Source of the DNA: Candidatus Sericytochromatia bacterium | GTDB lineage: Bacteria; Cyanobacteriota; Sericytochromatia; UBA7694; JACMQJ01 | Direction of reading: 5' to 3' | Assembly (NCBI GenBank): GCA_046328075.1 | Contig: JAXLXG010000016.1 | Coordinates: 55,196-119,195 of the forward strand | DNA length: 64,000 nucleotides | In this document: in pieces, positions 21,068 to 31,063 of the stretch | How the letters are laid out: every line of letters starts with the position of its first letter | How positions within the stretch are numbered: the first letter of the stretch is position 1 | Notes under the pieces: model-generated | Told to the model about the DNA's origin: nothing | The model's database searches: none | What the model saw: the letters and a program-made list of their open reading frames with translations, nothing else | Position numbers and translations under genes: made by a program

Positions 21068-21832
21068 ATGAGTTTATTACCCATAGCTTTTAATACATAT
21101 AAAGAAGCAATAAGAGATAAGGTTTTATATATAATACTTGTTTTTTCTGTTGTTATGATAGCAGGTAGCCTTATCTTATCAGCTTTAAGTTTAGGACAAA
21201 ATGATAAAATTGTAATAGATTTAGGTTTAGCTTCTATTAGTATTTTTGGGGTTCTTATTACCTTATTTGTTGGAACAAATCTTTTAAATAAAGAAATTGA
21301 TAAGAAAACTATATATTTATTACTTACAAAACCCTTAACAAAATCTGGCTTTATAATTGGTAAGCATATAGGCTTATCACTGACTCTCTTTGTAATAATT
21401 TCTTTAATGACACTTTTCTTTTATGGTTTAGTTTATTTTGTAACAGGTGAATTTAATCCTATATATCTTCAGGCTATATTTCTCACATATATAGAGCTTA
21501 TACTTTTAATAGCTATTGCAATATTTTTTTCAACTATAGCCCCTCCAACAATGAGTGCAATTTATACTTTAGCTATATATATAATTGGTCATTTTAGTAG
21601 AGATTTATTAAATTTTGGTGAATTATCTCAAAATCAACTATTTATGAATGTAACTAGAGCTATTTACTATATTTTACCTGACTTAGAGAAATTGAATATT
21701 AAAAACTTAGTGACATATAATTCTAACAATTTAAGTACTGAAATTTTTACAGGTGGTTTAACTTATGGTTTATTATATACAGCAATTGTAATAACTTTAG
21801 CTGTACTTTCATTTGAATTTAAAGAGTTTTAG
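21068..21832 (+). CDS. ABC-2 family transporter permease
   Basis: 254 aa with about six hydrophobic TM segments. Starts 4 nt after the ATPase stop. Confidence 0.65.
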   Translation: MSLLPIAFNTYKEAIRDKVLYIILVFSVVMIAGSLILSALSLGQNDKIVIDLGLASISIFGVLITLFVGTNLLNKEIDKKTIYLLLTKPLTKSGFIIGKHIGLSLTLFVIISLMTLFFYGLVYFVTGEFNPIYLQAIFLTYIELILLIAIAIFFSTIAPPTMSAIYTLAIYIIGHFSRDLLNFGELSQNQLFMNVTRAIYYILPDLEKLNIKNLVTYNSNNLSTEIFTGGLTYGLLYTAIVITLAVLSFEFKEF

Positions 21833-21835
21833 ATT

Positions 21836-22771
21836 ATGAATAAAGCTGCTTTAGCATTTTTACTAGTTGTTTTAACTCCACTAACTCATTTAGCTCATGT
21901 TTTTACTAATAATGCCTATAAAAAAGAAAATATTAAATCACAAGTAAAATTTAATTTACCTTCATCTGATGTATTAAAAGCAGCAACAATTGGTTATGAT
22001 CATTTTGTTGCAGATCTCTTATGGCTTCAACTTATTCAATATATTGGGACATCGACTGAGATGTCAACATTTTTACCAGAAAATTATTCATTAATAGATT
22101 CCATTACAACTTTAGACCCACAGTTTATTGATGCATATATTTTTGGTTCTTATGCTCTTACAGATAATAAAGAATTTGATAAAGCAATTGCAGTTCTTGA
22201 AAAAGGTATTAGAAATAATCCTAAAGAGTGGTATTTATTATATCAAATAGGTTTTCTCTACTATATAAATAAAAAAAATAAAGTTGTAGCAGCTAGATAT
22301 TTAAGTAAAGCAGGAGATATAGAAGGTGCACCAGCAATGCCAAAAAGACTTGCAGCAATGTTGGCATCGAATGTAATAGAAGATCTAGATGTAAAAATAG
22401 CTTTATGGCAATCTGCTTATGAAAAAGCAGATCAAGAAAAAGATAAAGTCAATAAAGAAAAAGCTTATAAAAAACTTGTTGAATTTAAAATCGAAAAAGA
22501 TATAAAGTATTTAAATTCTATTGTTGAAAAATATAACTCTAAAAATAAAGTTGATGAAAGAACTATTGTTCCAGATAATCTAAAAAAGAATGAACCAACT
22601 TTAACAGCTGATATAATAAAACCAGAAAAGTTAAAAGAGTTTAGGCAATTAGTAGAACAAAAATACATAAAAGAAGTTCCACTTGATCCTTTAGGTAGAC
22701 CTTATATGCTTAATCCTGATACGCAAGAAATAAAAGCATTTCCTCTACCTTGGAATACAAACAATAAATAG
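21836..22771 (+). CDS. Hypothetical secreted or periplasmic helical protein co-operonic with the ABC-2 exporter
   Basis: N-terminal signal-like MNKAALAFLLVVLTPLTHLAHVF. Starts 4 nt after the permease stop. Confidence 0.4.
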   Translation: MNKAALAFLLVVLTPLTHLAHVFTNNAYKKENIKSQVKFNLPSSDVLKAATIGYDHFVADLLWLQLIQYIGTSTEMSTFLPENYSLIDSITTLDPQFIDAYIFGSYALTDNKEFDKAIAVLEKGIRNNPKEWYLLYQIGFLYYINKKNKVVAARYLSKAGDIEGAPAMPKRLAAMLASNVIEDLDVKIALWQSAYEKADQEKDKVNKEKAYKKLVEFKIEKDIKYLNSIVEKYNSKNKVDERTIVPDNLKKNEPTLTADIIKPEKLKEFRQLVEQKYIKEVPLDPLGRPYMLNPDTQEIKAFPLPWNTNNK

Positions 22772-22885
22772 TTTTAATTAATTCATATAAAATTTTTGTA
22801 AAATTAAATAATAATTAAACTTAACTTTCTCTTAACCTAGTTGATATAAGAGTATAATTAAACTTATATATTTTTTTGTAGTGTA

Positions 22886-25168
22886 ATGATGGAAGATAAA
22901 AAAGATTTCTTTAGAAACCTTGGTGAAACTGTAATAAAAAATAGAATCCTTATAATTATTTTTTGGATAATTATTACTTTAATTTCATCTATAGGAGCTT
23001 TACATATTCATGATGTTTTAACAGGTGAAGGTTCATATGTTAAGAGTAGTGAATCTTATGAGCAAAATGTTTTATTAATAAAAAACTTTCCAAGACAATA
23101 TCCTAAAAACGTAATAATTACTTTTGAAAGTGAGAATTTAACTGTTGATTCTCCAATTTACCAAGAAGCAATGAATAAAGTAAAAGATTCTTTAAAAGGT
23201 AATAAAGATGTAGGTGAAATATATGGTTATGAATTAGATCCATCTTTTATAAGTAAAGACAAAAAATCTACATTTTTATTAATTGGTCTTACAGATAAAA
23301 GTGTTGAGGTTTCAAGTGAATCAGGAGATAGAGTTGCTAATAAGTTAAGAACTCTTAAATTTCCAAATGAGATTAGGACACACATAACAGGTAGCCAAGT
23401 AATTGTTGGTGATATGACAAGATTAAGTGAGTCTGATGGGGCAAAGGCTGAACAGAAAATATTACCAATAGCTATAATAATTTTAATATTAGTATTTGGT
23501 GCTTTAGTATCAGCTTTATTACCTATTTTCATCGCTTTGTTAAGCATAGTAATAACTTTAGGTTGTTTATATGTAATAGGTCATTTTTTTGAATTAACAA
23601 TGTTCTGTAAAGCGATAACATCTATGATGGGTTTAGGTGTTGGTTTAGATTATTGCTTATTTATGATTAGCAGATTTAGAGAAGAAATGGAAAAAGGAAC
23701 TGAACCTAAAGAAGCAGCAATTTTATCAACAGTAACAGCAGGTAAAGCAGTTTGTTATTCTGGTTTAGCTGTTTCTATAGGAATGGGAGCTTTACTTATA
23801 CCTGATTTGCCTCTTACAAGATCAATAGGTTTTAGTGGTGTATTAGTCGTACTTATAGCAATAATGTTATCTTTAACTTTATTACCTGTAATATTCTCAT
23901 TCTTAGGAGAGAGGATAAATTCTCCTAGAAAGTTTCATAGACTTCTTAAATATACTTCAGGTCGTAAAAACTTTTGGCTTAATTGGTCAAAAACTGTAAT
24001 GAAAGCACCTAAATTATTTTTAACTCTAGGACTTTTGCTTCTCCTATTTATAAGTTATTTTGCTTTAGAGATGAAACTTTGGAATTCAAGTGTTTTACTG
24101 ATGCCAAAAGAGCTTGATTCTAGAAAAGGTTTTGAAACAATGTTGAGTATAGATCCTAGTCGTAAATTTTCACCAATTGGTGTAAGTTTTGAAACAAAAG
24201 ACGGTTCTAGTATATATGAAAGAAAAAATCTTCAAGATATATATAATTTTGCCAAAGAAGTTTTAAATGTTCCTGAAGTTGATAGAGTTTTGGGTTTAGT
24301 GAACCCTGCAACTGGCTCTAGTTTAGAAGAGTATGAGAGTTTATATGCAAATACATTAACATTACAAGCATTTGGTATGGGACAACAAAATAACCCATTT
24401 GTTTCTATGGATAATCAAAAATCAATCCTTTGGGCAATTCATAAAGATTCTAGTATTGAGATTGCAGACTGGAATACAGTAACAAAATTACGTGAAATAA
24501 GAGATAAATTTAATTCTTCAAACTTAAAAATTATGATAGGTGGAGGTGGCTCTAATAATGTTGATTTTCAAAATGCTGTTTATGAGTATTTTCCTCTTAT
24601 TATCGTCTTAATACTTGTAGCAACATATATAATTATGTTTTGGCTCTTAGGCTCAATAATACTACCAATAAAAGCAATTGTTATGAATTTACTTTCTGTT
24701 AGTGCTAGTTATGGTTGGTTGGTTTTAGTTTTTCAATATGGAGTAGGTTCAAAAATTTTAGGTTTAGAAAGAATCCCTGGGGCTTTATTAATAATTACAC
24801 CACTTGTTCTTTTTTGCATAATATTTGGTCTAAGTATGGATTATGAAATATTTATGATGAGTAGAATAAAAGAAGAATATGATAGTTCTCAAGATACTGA
24901 TTATGCTGTGTCTGTTGGTTTACAACGTAGTGGAAGTATAGTTACAAGTGCCGCCTTAATTATGATAATAGTATTTTCTGCTTTCTCATTCTCTGATGTT
25001 ATTTTAGTTCAAGAAATGGGACTAGGATTATCAACAGCTGTTCTAATTGATGCAACTATTATAAGAGTAATGCTTGTTCCATCAATATTAAAAATCTTAG
25101 ATAAGAATGCTTGGTGGCTCCCAGAAAGTTGGAAAGATAAAGTAAAAGTTGTTAAATTAGAACATTAG
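22886..25168 (+). CDS. MMPL/RND-superfamily membrane transporter (two 6-TM bundles with periplasmic loops)
   Basis: 760 aa. Two hydrophobic blocks (about aa 195-340 and 575-740) separated by soluble domains. Typical MMPL/SSD architecture. Confidence 0.7.
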   Translation: MMEDKKDFFRNLGETVIKNRILIIIFWIIITLISSIGALHIHDVLTGEGSYVKSSESYEQNVLLIKNFPRQYPKNVIITFESENLTVDSPIYQEAMNKVKDSLKGNKDVGEIYGYELDPSFISKDKKSTFLLIGLTDKSVEVSSESGDRVANKLRTLKFPNEIRTHITGSQVIVGDMTRLSESDGAKAEQKILPIAIIILILVFGALVSALLPIFIALLSIVITLGCLYVIGHFFELTMFCKAITSMMGLGVGLDYCLFMISRFREEMEKGTEPKEAAILSTVTAGKAVCYSGLAVSIGMGALLIPDLPLTRSIGFSGVLVVLIAIMLSLTLLPVIFSFLGERINSPRKFHRLLKYTSGRKNFWLNWSKTVMKAPKLFLTLGLLLLLFISYFALEMKLWNSSVLLMPKELDSRKGFETMLSIDPSRKFSPIGVSFETKDGSSIYERKNLQDIYNFAKEVLNVPEVDRVLGLVNPATGSSLEEYESLYANTLTLQAFGMGQQNNPFVSMDNQKSILWAIHKDSSIEIADWNTVTKLREIRDKFNSSNLKIMIGGGGSNNVDFQNAVYEYFPLIIVLILVATYIIMFWLLGSIILPIKAIVMNLLSVSASYGWLVLVFQYGVGSKILGLERIPGALLIITPLVLFCIIFGLSMDYEIFMMSRIKEEYDSSQDTDYAVSVGLQRSGSIVTSAALIMIIVFSAFSFSDVILVQEMGLGLSTAVLIDATIIRVMLVPSILKILDKNAWWLPESWKDKVKVVKLEH

Positions 25169-25268
25169 TTTTTACAAGTTTGGTTAATTAATTTAGCAAA
25201 GACTTAACCATTTTATCTAAAACTACTATAATATATTAGAAAGTATTTAAAAGCATTCTGAAATTCTG

Positions 25269-26069
25269 ATGGCTAAAAAAAATAAGCAAGTTACCTCAAG
25301 AGGTGGAAATAGTTTTTTAACTGTTAAGTCAGGTGAAGATGCTCCTGCACAAAAAGAAGTTCACCCATTACTTAGAGATGATGATGATGAAAGTTTAATC
25401 AGAGCAGAAGAAGAAAAAATAGAAGAATTTGCAGACAATGTAGCAAAATTTCTTGATAAAATAGATAATCTTAAATCAATATTCAAATCCTTTTTTGAAA
25501 AAAAGTATATAGGTGGTCTTGAGAATCTTAAAATGATGGTTCTTAAAGGAAAACTTAAATTCTTAAAACCTGCTTTACCATTGATAATTGTTGTTCAAAA
25601 AGTTAGTGAAAGATGGGGTAAAAGAGGACAAGAAGAATTTGAAGAAGAAATCGAAGAAGATAAAGATGAAAAAGATAATAAAGAGCCAAAGAAGCCATTA
25701 ACATTTTTAGAATTAGCAGAAAAGAATATTATTTTTACAGATAATAAAAAAGTTCCATTATACACTATTGAAATGCTAAAAGGTAAAAGTGGTTATGTTG
25801 CAAGTGAATCAGTTATAGCACCAATGGTAATGGAAAATATAATTAATGCTTTTCAAGAGGTTGCACCAAAAGCTAAAGGAATTCCAACCCCTGAATCTGG
25901 TAAATATGCAAATATCCCTATGGCTCAAGTAATGGAAGAAATAAGTGAAATTGATATACTTGAATTTTTAGAATATGTAAGAAATTTTCCTAGAGGTTAT
26001 GTAGGTAAGAATTATCGTATTACGGAGTCTTTTGCAGGTTGGGCAGTTAGTGGAACTCCAGATGATTAA
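25269..26069 (+). CDS. Hypothetical acidic protein
   Basis: 266-aa open ORF, Glu/Asp/Lys-rich. No motif recognised. Confidence 0.3.
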   Translation: MAKKNKQVTSRGGNSFLTVKSGEDAPAQKEVHPLLRDDDDESLIRAEEEKIEEFADNVAKFLDKIDNLKSIFKSFFEKKYIGGLENLKMMVLKGKLKFLKPALPLIIVVQKVSERWGKRGQEEFEEEIEEDKDEKDNKEPKKPLTFLELAEKNIIFTDNKKVPLYTIEMLKGKSGYVASESVIAPMVMENIINAFQEVAPKAKGIPTPESGKYANIPMAQVMEEISEIDILEFLEYVRNFPRGYVGKNYRITESFAGWAVSGTPDD

Positions 26070-26375
26070 TAAATAAATTTGGATAAAAACTATAGTTTTT
26101 GTCCAGATAATAATTTTGATTTCATATGGTTGTAAATATTATAAATAAAGAATTACCATACAATTTTCCCAAAATTCTCTATTGCCCCTGTATGGAAGTT
26201 TCTAAATCCTTGTCTATAACCCTATCATAGAATTATTATGGTCTATTTAGCGACTATGTGTGAAAATGACCAACTTGGACTTTTAACCAAATCTTTAGGG
26301 TATTTTTTTCATAACTAAATTTAACCCTACATTTTTTATGTTAAATTCTTTTCAAACAGCGTCTAAAGTAGATGA

Positions 26376-27806
26376 TTATTGGGGAATAAAATTTGATATT
26401 TTCTTTATAAATAATTGATATGAATTTGTACTTCCAATATCTTTAGACCACATTATAAATCCATCACCATTATCATCAATATTAAGTATTGGATTGTAAC
26501 ATAAAAATGGTGGTTCTTCACACATTATATTATATATTTTATCTTCCTTGAAGTTTTTTATTGATTTATAAACTAAATTACCTTCAATTGGTCTATAAGT
26601 TGTTTTATCATCTTCAAATCCTTTAACATCAAATATTGCACCATTAGAATTTTTAAATAAAACAAAGTTAACAAATTTTGAATAACTACTGCTTACATTT
26701 AATAACTCATTATTATTAATGCTGTTATCAAAAGTAAAAATGCTTATTTTATCATCTACATAATCCAACCAACTAGGTAATTTATTTAATTTATCTAATT
26801 CATTTGTATAAAAATAACTAAAATTACTTGATAAATCAGATTTAGTCTCTATATCTTTGAATGAATAATTATTATTCTCTTTTGTTATTAACTGAATTGA
26901 TGGCTCATTATTAATATGTTTTATTGTTTCAATATTTAAATCATAGTTTTTTATTTCAATAAAATATAATTTAGGTAAATTTAATTGACTAGGAATATCA
27001 GTAGTAGATACTTTAGAAAAAATAATAAACCCATCACCTTTTTCATCTAATTCAATGTTGGGTTTATAATTAACAGCAGATTTGCCAATTACAATTTCAT
27101 TATTATCAATTTTATAATTGTTGACTTTATGAGAAACAAGATAATTACTATCCCTAGAAAAAATAATAATACCATTACCTTTTTTATCTATATTAACACT
27201 TTCTATTCTTATTATTTCTTGCCCATGTTTCAAAGTTTTTTCAATAGAGTTTTTACTAAACAACTCAAAATTTGAAAATTGTAATAAATTAAATTTACGC
27301 TCTTCATATGTTATAACAAAGCCATTTCCTGATTCATTTATCTCTACAATATTTGTTTTATCTATTCTCAAAACATTATCAATTACTATATCTTTACTAT
27401 CAATCTTATAATTAATTATTCTAGATATTAAACTTGAGTTACTATGTAAAAGTCTTGAAAATACGGCAATTCCATTTCCATTATTATCTAATTTAATGTT
27501 TACTAATTTTAGAGAATCTATAGGTATATCTTTTGTAAATGTATTAATCTCTGATACAAGGAAATTTTTTATTGTGGCAAGACTGAAATTTTTCCCATCT
27601 TGTTTATTAACAATAATTCCATTTCCTTGGGTGTTTATTGAATATAAATTTTCACTATTGTCTAATAAATATATATTATTAGAATAAGATTTTATATAAT
27701 TTTTACCAATAACACTATCTTTTTCAGAGATATTATTATAATTACATGACAAAGTAAATAAAAATAAACATAAAAAAATGGTGTTTTTTATTATTTTATT
27801 AATCAT
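26376..27806 (-). CDS. Repeat-containing lipoprotein (beta-propeller-like GNG/GDG repeats)
   Basis: Lipoprotein-like signal FLCLFLFTLSC. Recurrent motifs NGNGIAVFSR, KGNGIIIFSR, GNGFVITYEE, KGDGFIIFSK, NGDGFIMWSK spaced about 50-90 aa apart. Confidence 0.5.
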   Translation of the reverse strand: MINKIIKNTIFLCLFLFTLSCNYNNISEKDSVIGKNYIKSYSNNIYLLDNSENLYSINTQGNGIIVNKQDGKNFSLATIKNFLVSEINTFTKDIPIDSLKLVNIKLDNNGNGIAVFSRLLHSNSSLISRIINYKIDSKDIVIDNVLRIDKTNIVEINESGNGFVITYEERKFNLLQFSNFELFSKNSIEKTLKHGQEIIRIESVNIDKKGNGIIIFSRDSNYLVSHKVNNYKIDNNEIVIGKSAVNYKPNIELDEKGDGFIIFSKVSTTDIPSQLNLPKLYFIEIKNYDLNIETIKHINNEPSIQLITKENNNYSFKDIETKSDLSSNFSYFYTNELDKLNKLPSWLDYVDDKISIFTFDNSINNNELLNVSSSYSKFVNFVLFKNSNGAIFDVKGFEDDKTTYRPIEGNLVYKSIKNFKEDKIYNIMCEEPPFLCYNPILNIDDNGDGFIMWSKDIGSTNSYQLFIKKISNFIPQ

Positions 27807-28377
27807 TATTGATAAAGATATTCTCTATCGCCATGATACATATTTGTTGATTGCTCATCATTATTTGCACCAAGCCCCCCACTAACACCTGCTATATTTT
27901 CACATAAATATAAATCAGCTAAAGATGTAGAATCTTTATAAATATAAAATATTGATATAATATTCTCATAGACTAAGTTTTTTGTGTATATTTAAACTGT
28001 CCGCAGTATTGAATATTACAAAACAGAATCATCTATGTCTAAAATATTATAATATTTATTCTTTGGTTTAATAATATTAAATCCTATTTCTTTATTATCA
28101 ATTATCTTAATATCATTATTTTCAGATCCAATCTATTATTAGAAATATTTTCAAAAGAGTTATTTTGTATAGAGTCAAACTTAGATTTAAAAATAGTTTT
28201 TAGACGCTCAAAATCTAATATTAGAGCTTCTGTTTCAATACCTAAAAGTTGTTTAATACCATCACCAAAATCACCACCACCTGCATTAAGCCATTTAGTT
28301 AATTTAGTTTGGTCTGCTGGGCTTGTTATAGGTATTTGGTCTGTAACATGAGGTAATTCTTCTTTTGAGGAGTACAT
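27807..28377 (-). pseudogene. Possible decayed gene remnant between the lipoprotein gene and cysS
   Basis: A 91-aa ORF (28102-28377, ..LNAGGGDFGDGIKQL..) is followed on the same strand by coding-like fragments interrupted by stops (..IYKDSTSLADLYLCENIAGVSGGLGANNDEQ.. ending at 27807). Confidence 0.25.
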
Positions 28378-28430
28378 AAATTAAAAATATAGTTTCTATT
28401 TTTAATTCATTCATGTTTTAGTTATTCAAA

Positions 28431-29858
28431 TTATCCTAAAGGTACAATCTCATAACCTTGTTTACTATCTTTAACTTCAAAACCTAGAGCATGAATTTCA
28501 TTTCTTAATCTATCAGACTCTTTAAAATCTTTAGCTAATCGAACACTCCATCTTTCCTCAGCTAATTTTTTGACATTATCAGGAATCTCAAAATTAAGTT
28601 CTGGAAGATCACTAAAATCATTTAAATTTAAAGATAATATTTGATCATATTTACTTATTATTTCTAGCTTTTCTTTAGAACCTATTTCATTATCTTGTAC
28701 TAATTCCCAAATAAATCCAATAGCTTTTGGAACATTCATATCATCTAATAATGCATCAATAATTTTTTCATCAAAAACTGTAGCTTTTTCTAAACCTTTT
28801 GAATCATTCTTTTCACTTATATTTTTTATATGTCTTTTAAGATTAAAATAAGCTGTTTGTGCTGATTTTAATATATCAGGTGAAAATGTTAAAAAACTCC
28901 TATAATGTGAAGTTAAATTTAAATATCTATAAGCAATAGGAGAAAAATTTTCCTCTAATAATTCTTTAAGACCTATAAAATTACCTTCTGATTTTGACAT
29001 TTTCATATTCTTATCTAAAACTAAAAATGCACCATGTAACCAGTAATTAACAAATTTTTCACCACTTGCACCTTCTGATTGGGCAATTTCATTTGTATGA
29101 TGTACTGGTATATGATCAGTCCCACCTGTATGTATATCAATATGTTGACCTAATTCTGCAAAAATCATTGCACTACATTCTATATGCCAACCTGGGAAAC
29201 CTTTACCCCAAGGACTTTCCCACTCCATTTGTCTTTGTTGATCTTTAGGACTTAGTTTCCAAAGAGCAAAATCTGTTTTATTTCTTTTTTCTTTAAAATC
29301 AACTCTTGTTCCTTCATCTAAACCCTCAACATCAAGTTTTGCCATTTTTCCATAATCTTGAAACTTAGAAGTATCATAATAAACACCATCAGAAGTATTA
29401 TAAGTTAAACCTTTTTCTTCTAAAGTTTTAACCATATTAATTTGTTCTTCTATATATTTTGTTGCATAAGTAAATTTACTCGGAAAAGTAATATTTAAAG
29501 CTTCAATATCTTTTTTAAAAACTTGTGCATAAAATTCCGAAATTTCCCAAGCTGATTTACCTGTTTCTGCAGCAGCTTTTTCAATTTTATCTGCTCCTTC
29601 ATCTGCATCGGAAACTAAATGCCCAACATCAGTAAAGTTTATAATTTGTTTTACTTCATAACCTATAAAAGTTAAAAGTTTTTTTAAAATATCAGGAAAT
29701 ATATAAGATCTTAAGTTACCTATATGAGCATAATTATATACTGTAGGTCCACAAGTATACATTTTTATAAAATTATCATTAATAGGTTTAAATACTTCTT
29801 TTGTTCTAGTTAAAGTATTATATAATCTTAACCCTTTATTCATTTTATAAATAATCAA
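28431..29858 (-). CDS. cysS: Cysteine--tRNA ligase
   Basis: HIGH-type motif CGPTVYNYAHIGNLR, KMSKS motif, zinc-binding Cys/His residues. 475 aa. Confidence 0.95.
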   Translation of the reverse strand: MIIYKMNKGLRLYNTLTRTKEVFKPINDNFIKMYTCGPTVYNYAHIGNLRSYIFPDILKKLLTFIGYEVKQIINFTDVGHLVSDADEGADKIEKAAAETGKSAWEISEFYAQVFKKDIEALNITFPSKFTYATKYIEEQINMVKTLEEKGLTYNTSDGVYYDTSKFQDYGKMAKLDVEGLDEGTRVDFKEKRNKTDFALWKLSPKDQQRQMEWESPWGKGFPGWHIECSAMIFAELGQHIDIHTGGTDHIPVHHTNEIAQSEGASGEKFVNYWLHGAFLVLDKNMKMSKSEGNFIGLKELLEENFSPIAYRYLNLTSHYRSFLTFSPDILKSAQTAYFNLKRHIKNISEKNDSKGLEKATVFDEKIIDALLDDMNVPKAIGFIWELVQDNEIGSKEKLEIISKYDQILSLNLNDFSDLPELNFEIPDNVKKLAEERWSVRLAKDFKESDRLRNEIHALGFEVKDSKQGYEIVPLG

Positions 29859-29864
29859 ATCTTT

Positions 29865-30569
29865 CTAGTTAGCTAAGTCTTTTTCTTCTATTTCTACAAC
29901 GACTACAGTTACATTATCAGAACCGCCTCTATGAAGAGCCATTGTAATTAGATTTTTAGTTGTATCTTCAGGATTTTTTGAGGCTTTAACAATATCGTAT
30001 ATATCATCATCTTCTAAATGATTTGTAAGACCATCTGTACACATAACAAAAATGTCATTTACGACTAAATCAACTAACATTGTATCAATTTCAACTTCAA
30101 AATGAGTACCAATAGTTCTTGATAACATATGTCTTAATGGATGATTTTTTGCTTGTTCCTCAGTAATTAAACCAGCTCTTAATGACTCCATTACTGGTGT
30201 GTGATCATCTGTGATAGGATAAATTTTATCATCTCTTACTAAATAAATTCTGCTATCACCTACATGAGCAATATTGGCTTTATTATCATAAATGAGCATG
30301 GCTGAAATTGTTGTTGCCATGTCATTTCCAAGTTCTTTTGCTTTTGTATAAACATTATGATTTGCTTCTGCTATACCTTGTGCAAGGTCATCAAGAGTTT
30401 TTGGTTTATTTCCAGAGACGTGTTTAACAGTCATTTCACTAGCAACTTCACCAGCCGAATGACCACCTAAGCCATCAGCTACAATGAAAATATTTTCATT
30501 ACCACAATAAAAGTTATCTTCGTTATTCTGTCTTACTTTTCCGACATCTGACAATCCATTAGCTTTCAA
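29865..30569 (-). CDS. PP2C-family Ser/Thr protein phosphatase
   Basis: FIVADGLGGHSAGEVAS and DGLTNHL metal-binding motifs. 234 aa. Confidence 0.85.
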   Translation of the reverse strand: MKANGLSDVGKVRQNNEDNFYCGNENIFIVADGLGGHSAGEVASEMTVKHVSGNKPKTLDDLAQGIAEANHNVYTKAKELGNDMATTISAMLIYDNKANIAHVGDSRIYLVRDDKIYPITDDHTPVMESLRAGLITEEQAKNHPLRHMLSRTIGTHFEVEIDTMLVDLVVNDIFVMCTDGLTNHLEDDDIYDIVKASKNPEDTTKNLITMALHRGGSDNVTVVVVEIEEKDLAN

Positions 30570-30620
30570 TTTTGTTCATCCTTTTGCTTAATTTCTAGTT
30601 ATTTAATAAATTTTAAATTA

Positions 30621-30983
30621 TTACTTTAAAACTTTTGTTAATGCATCAATAACACGATCTTCTTGAAATGGTTTTACTACGAAATCCCTAGCACCTGCTT
30701 GAATAGCTTCTAAAACCATTGCTTGTTGTCCCATCGCACTACACATAATAATTTTAGCAGAAGGATCTATTTTTATAATTTCTTTTACAGCACTAATACC
30801 ATCCATTTCTGGCATTGTAATATCCATTGTTACAATATCTGGTTTTAATTCTTGATATTTAAGTGTAGCTTCACTGCCGTTTGATGCTTCTCCAACAACC
30901 ATAAAACCATTCTTTATAAGAATATCTTTTAACATCATTCTCATAAAAGCAGCATCATCAACCACTAAAACTTTTGTCATCAT
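30621..30983 (-). CDS. Single-domain response regulator receiver (CheY-like)
   Basis: VLVVDDAAFMR, phospho-acceptor DIVTMDITMPEMDG, conserved K in VVKPF. 120 aa. Confidence 0.85.
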   Translation of the reverse strand: MMTKVLVVDDAAFMRMMLKDILIKNGFMVVGEASNGSEATLKYQELKPDIVTMDITMPEMDGISAVKEIIKIDPSAKIIMCSAMGQQAMVLEAIQAGARDFVVKPFQEDRVIDALTKVLK

Positions 30984-31063
30984 TTACTATATATATCCTC
31001 CGCCTCTTTAGTTTAATTTTAGGATAAAAAACATATTCTTAACTATTATATTGTATTTTTGCT

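Noticed and set aside
26070-26375. Possible ncRNA in the 300-bp spacer after the acidic protein gene
   Set aside because: Uniformly AT-rich with no GC-rich stems or terminator. Nothing to support a call.
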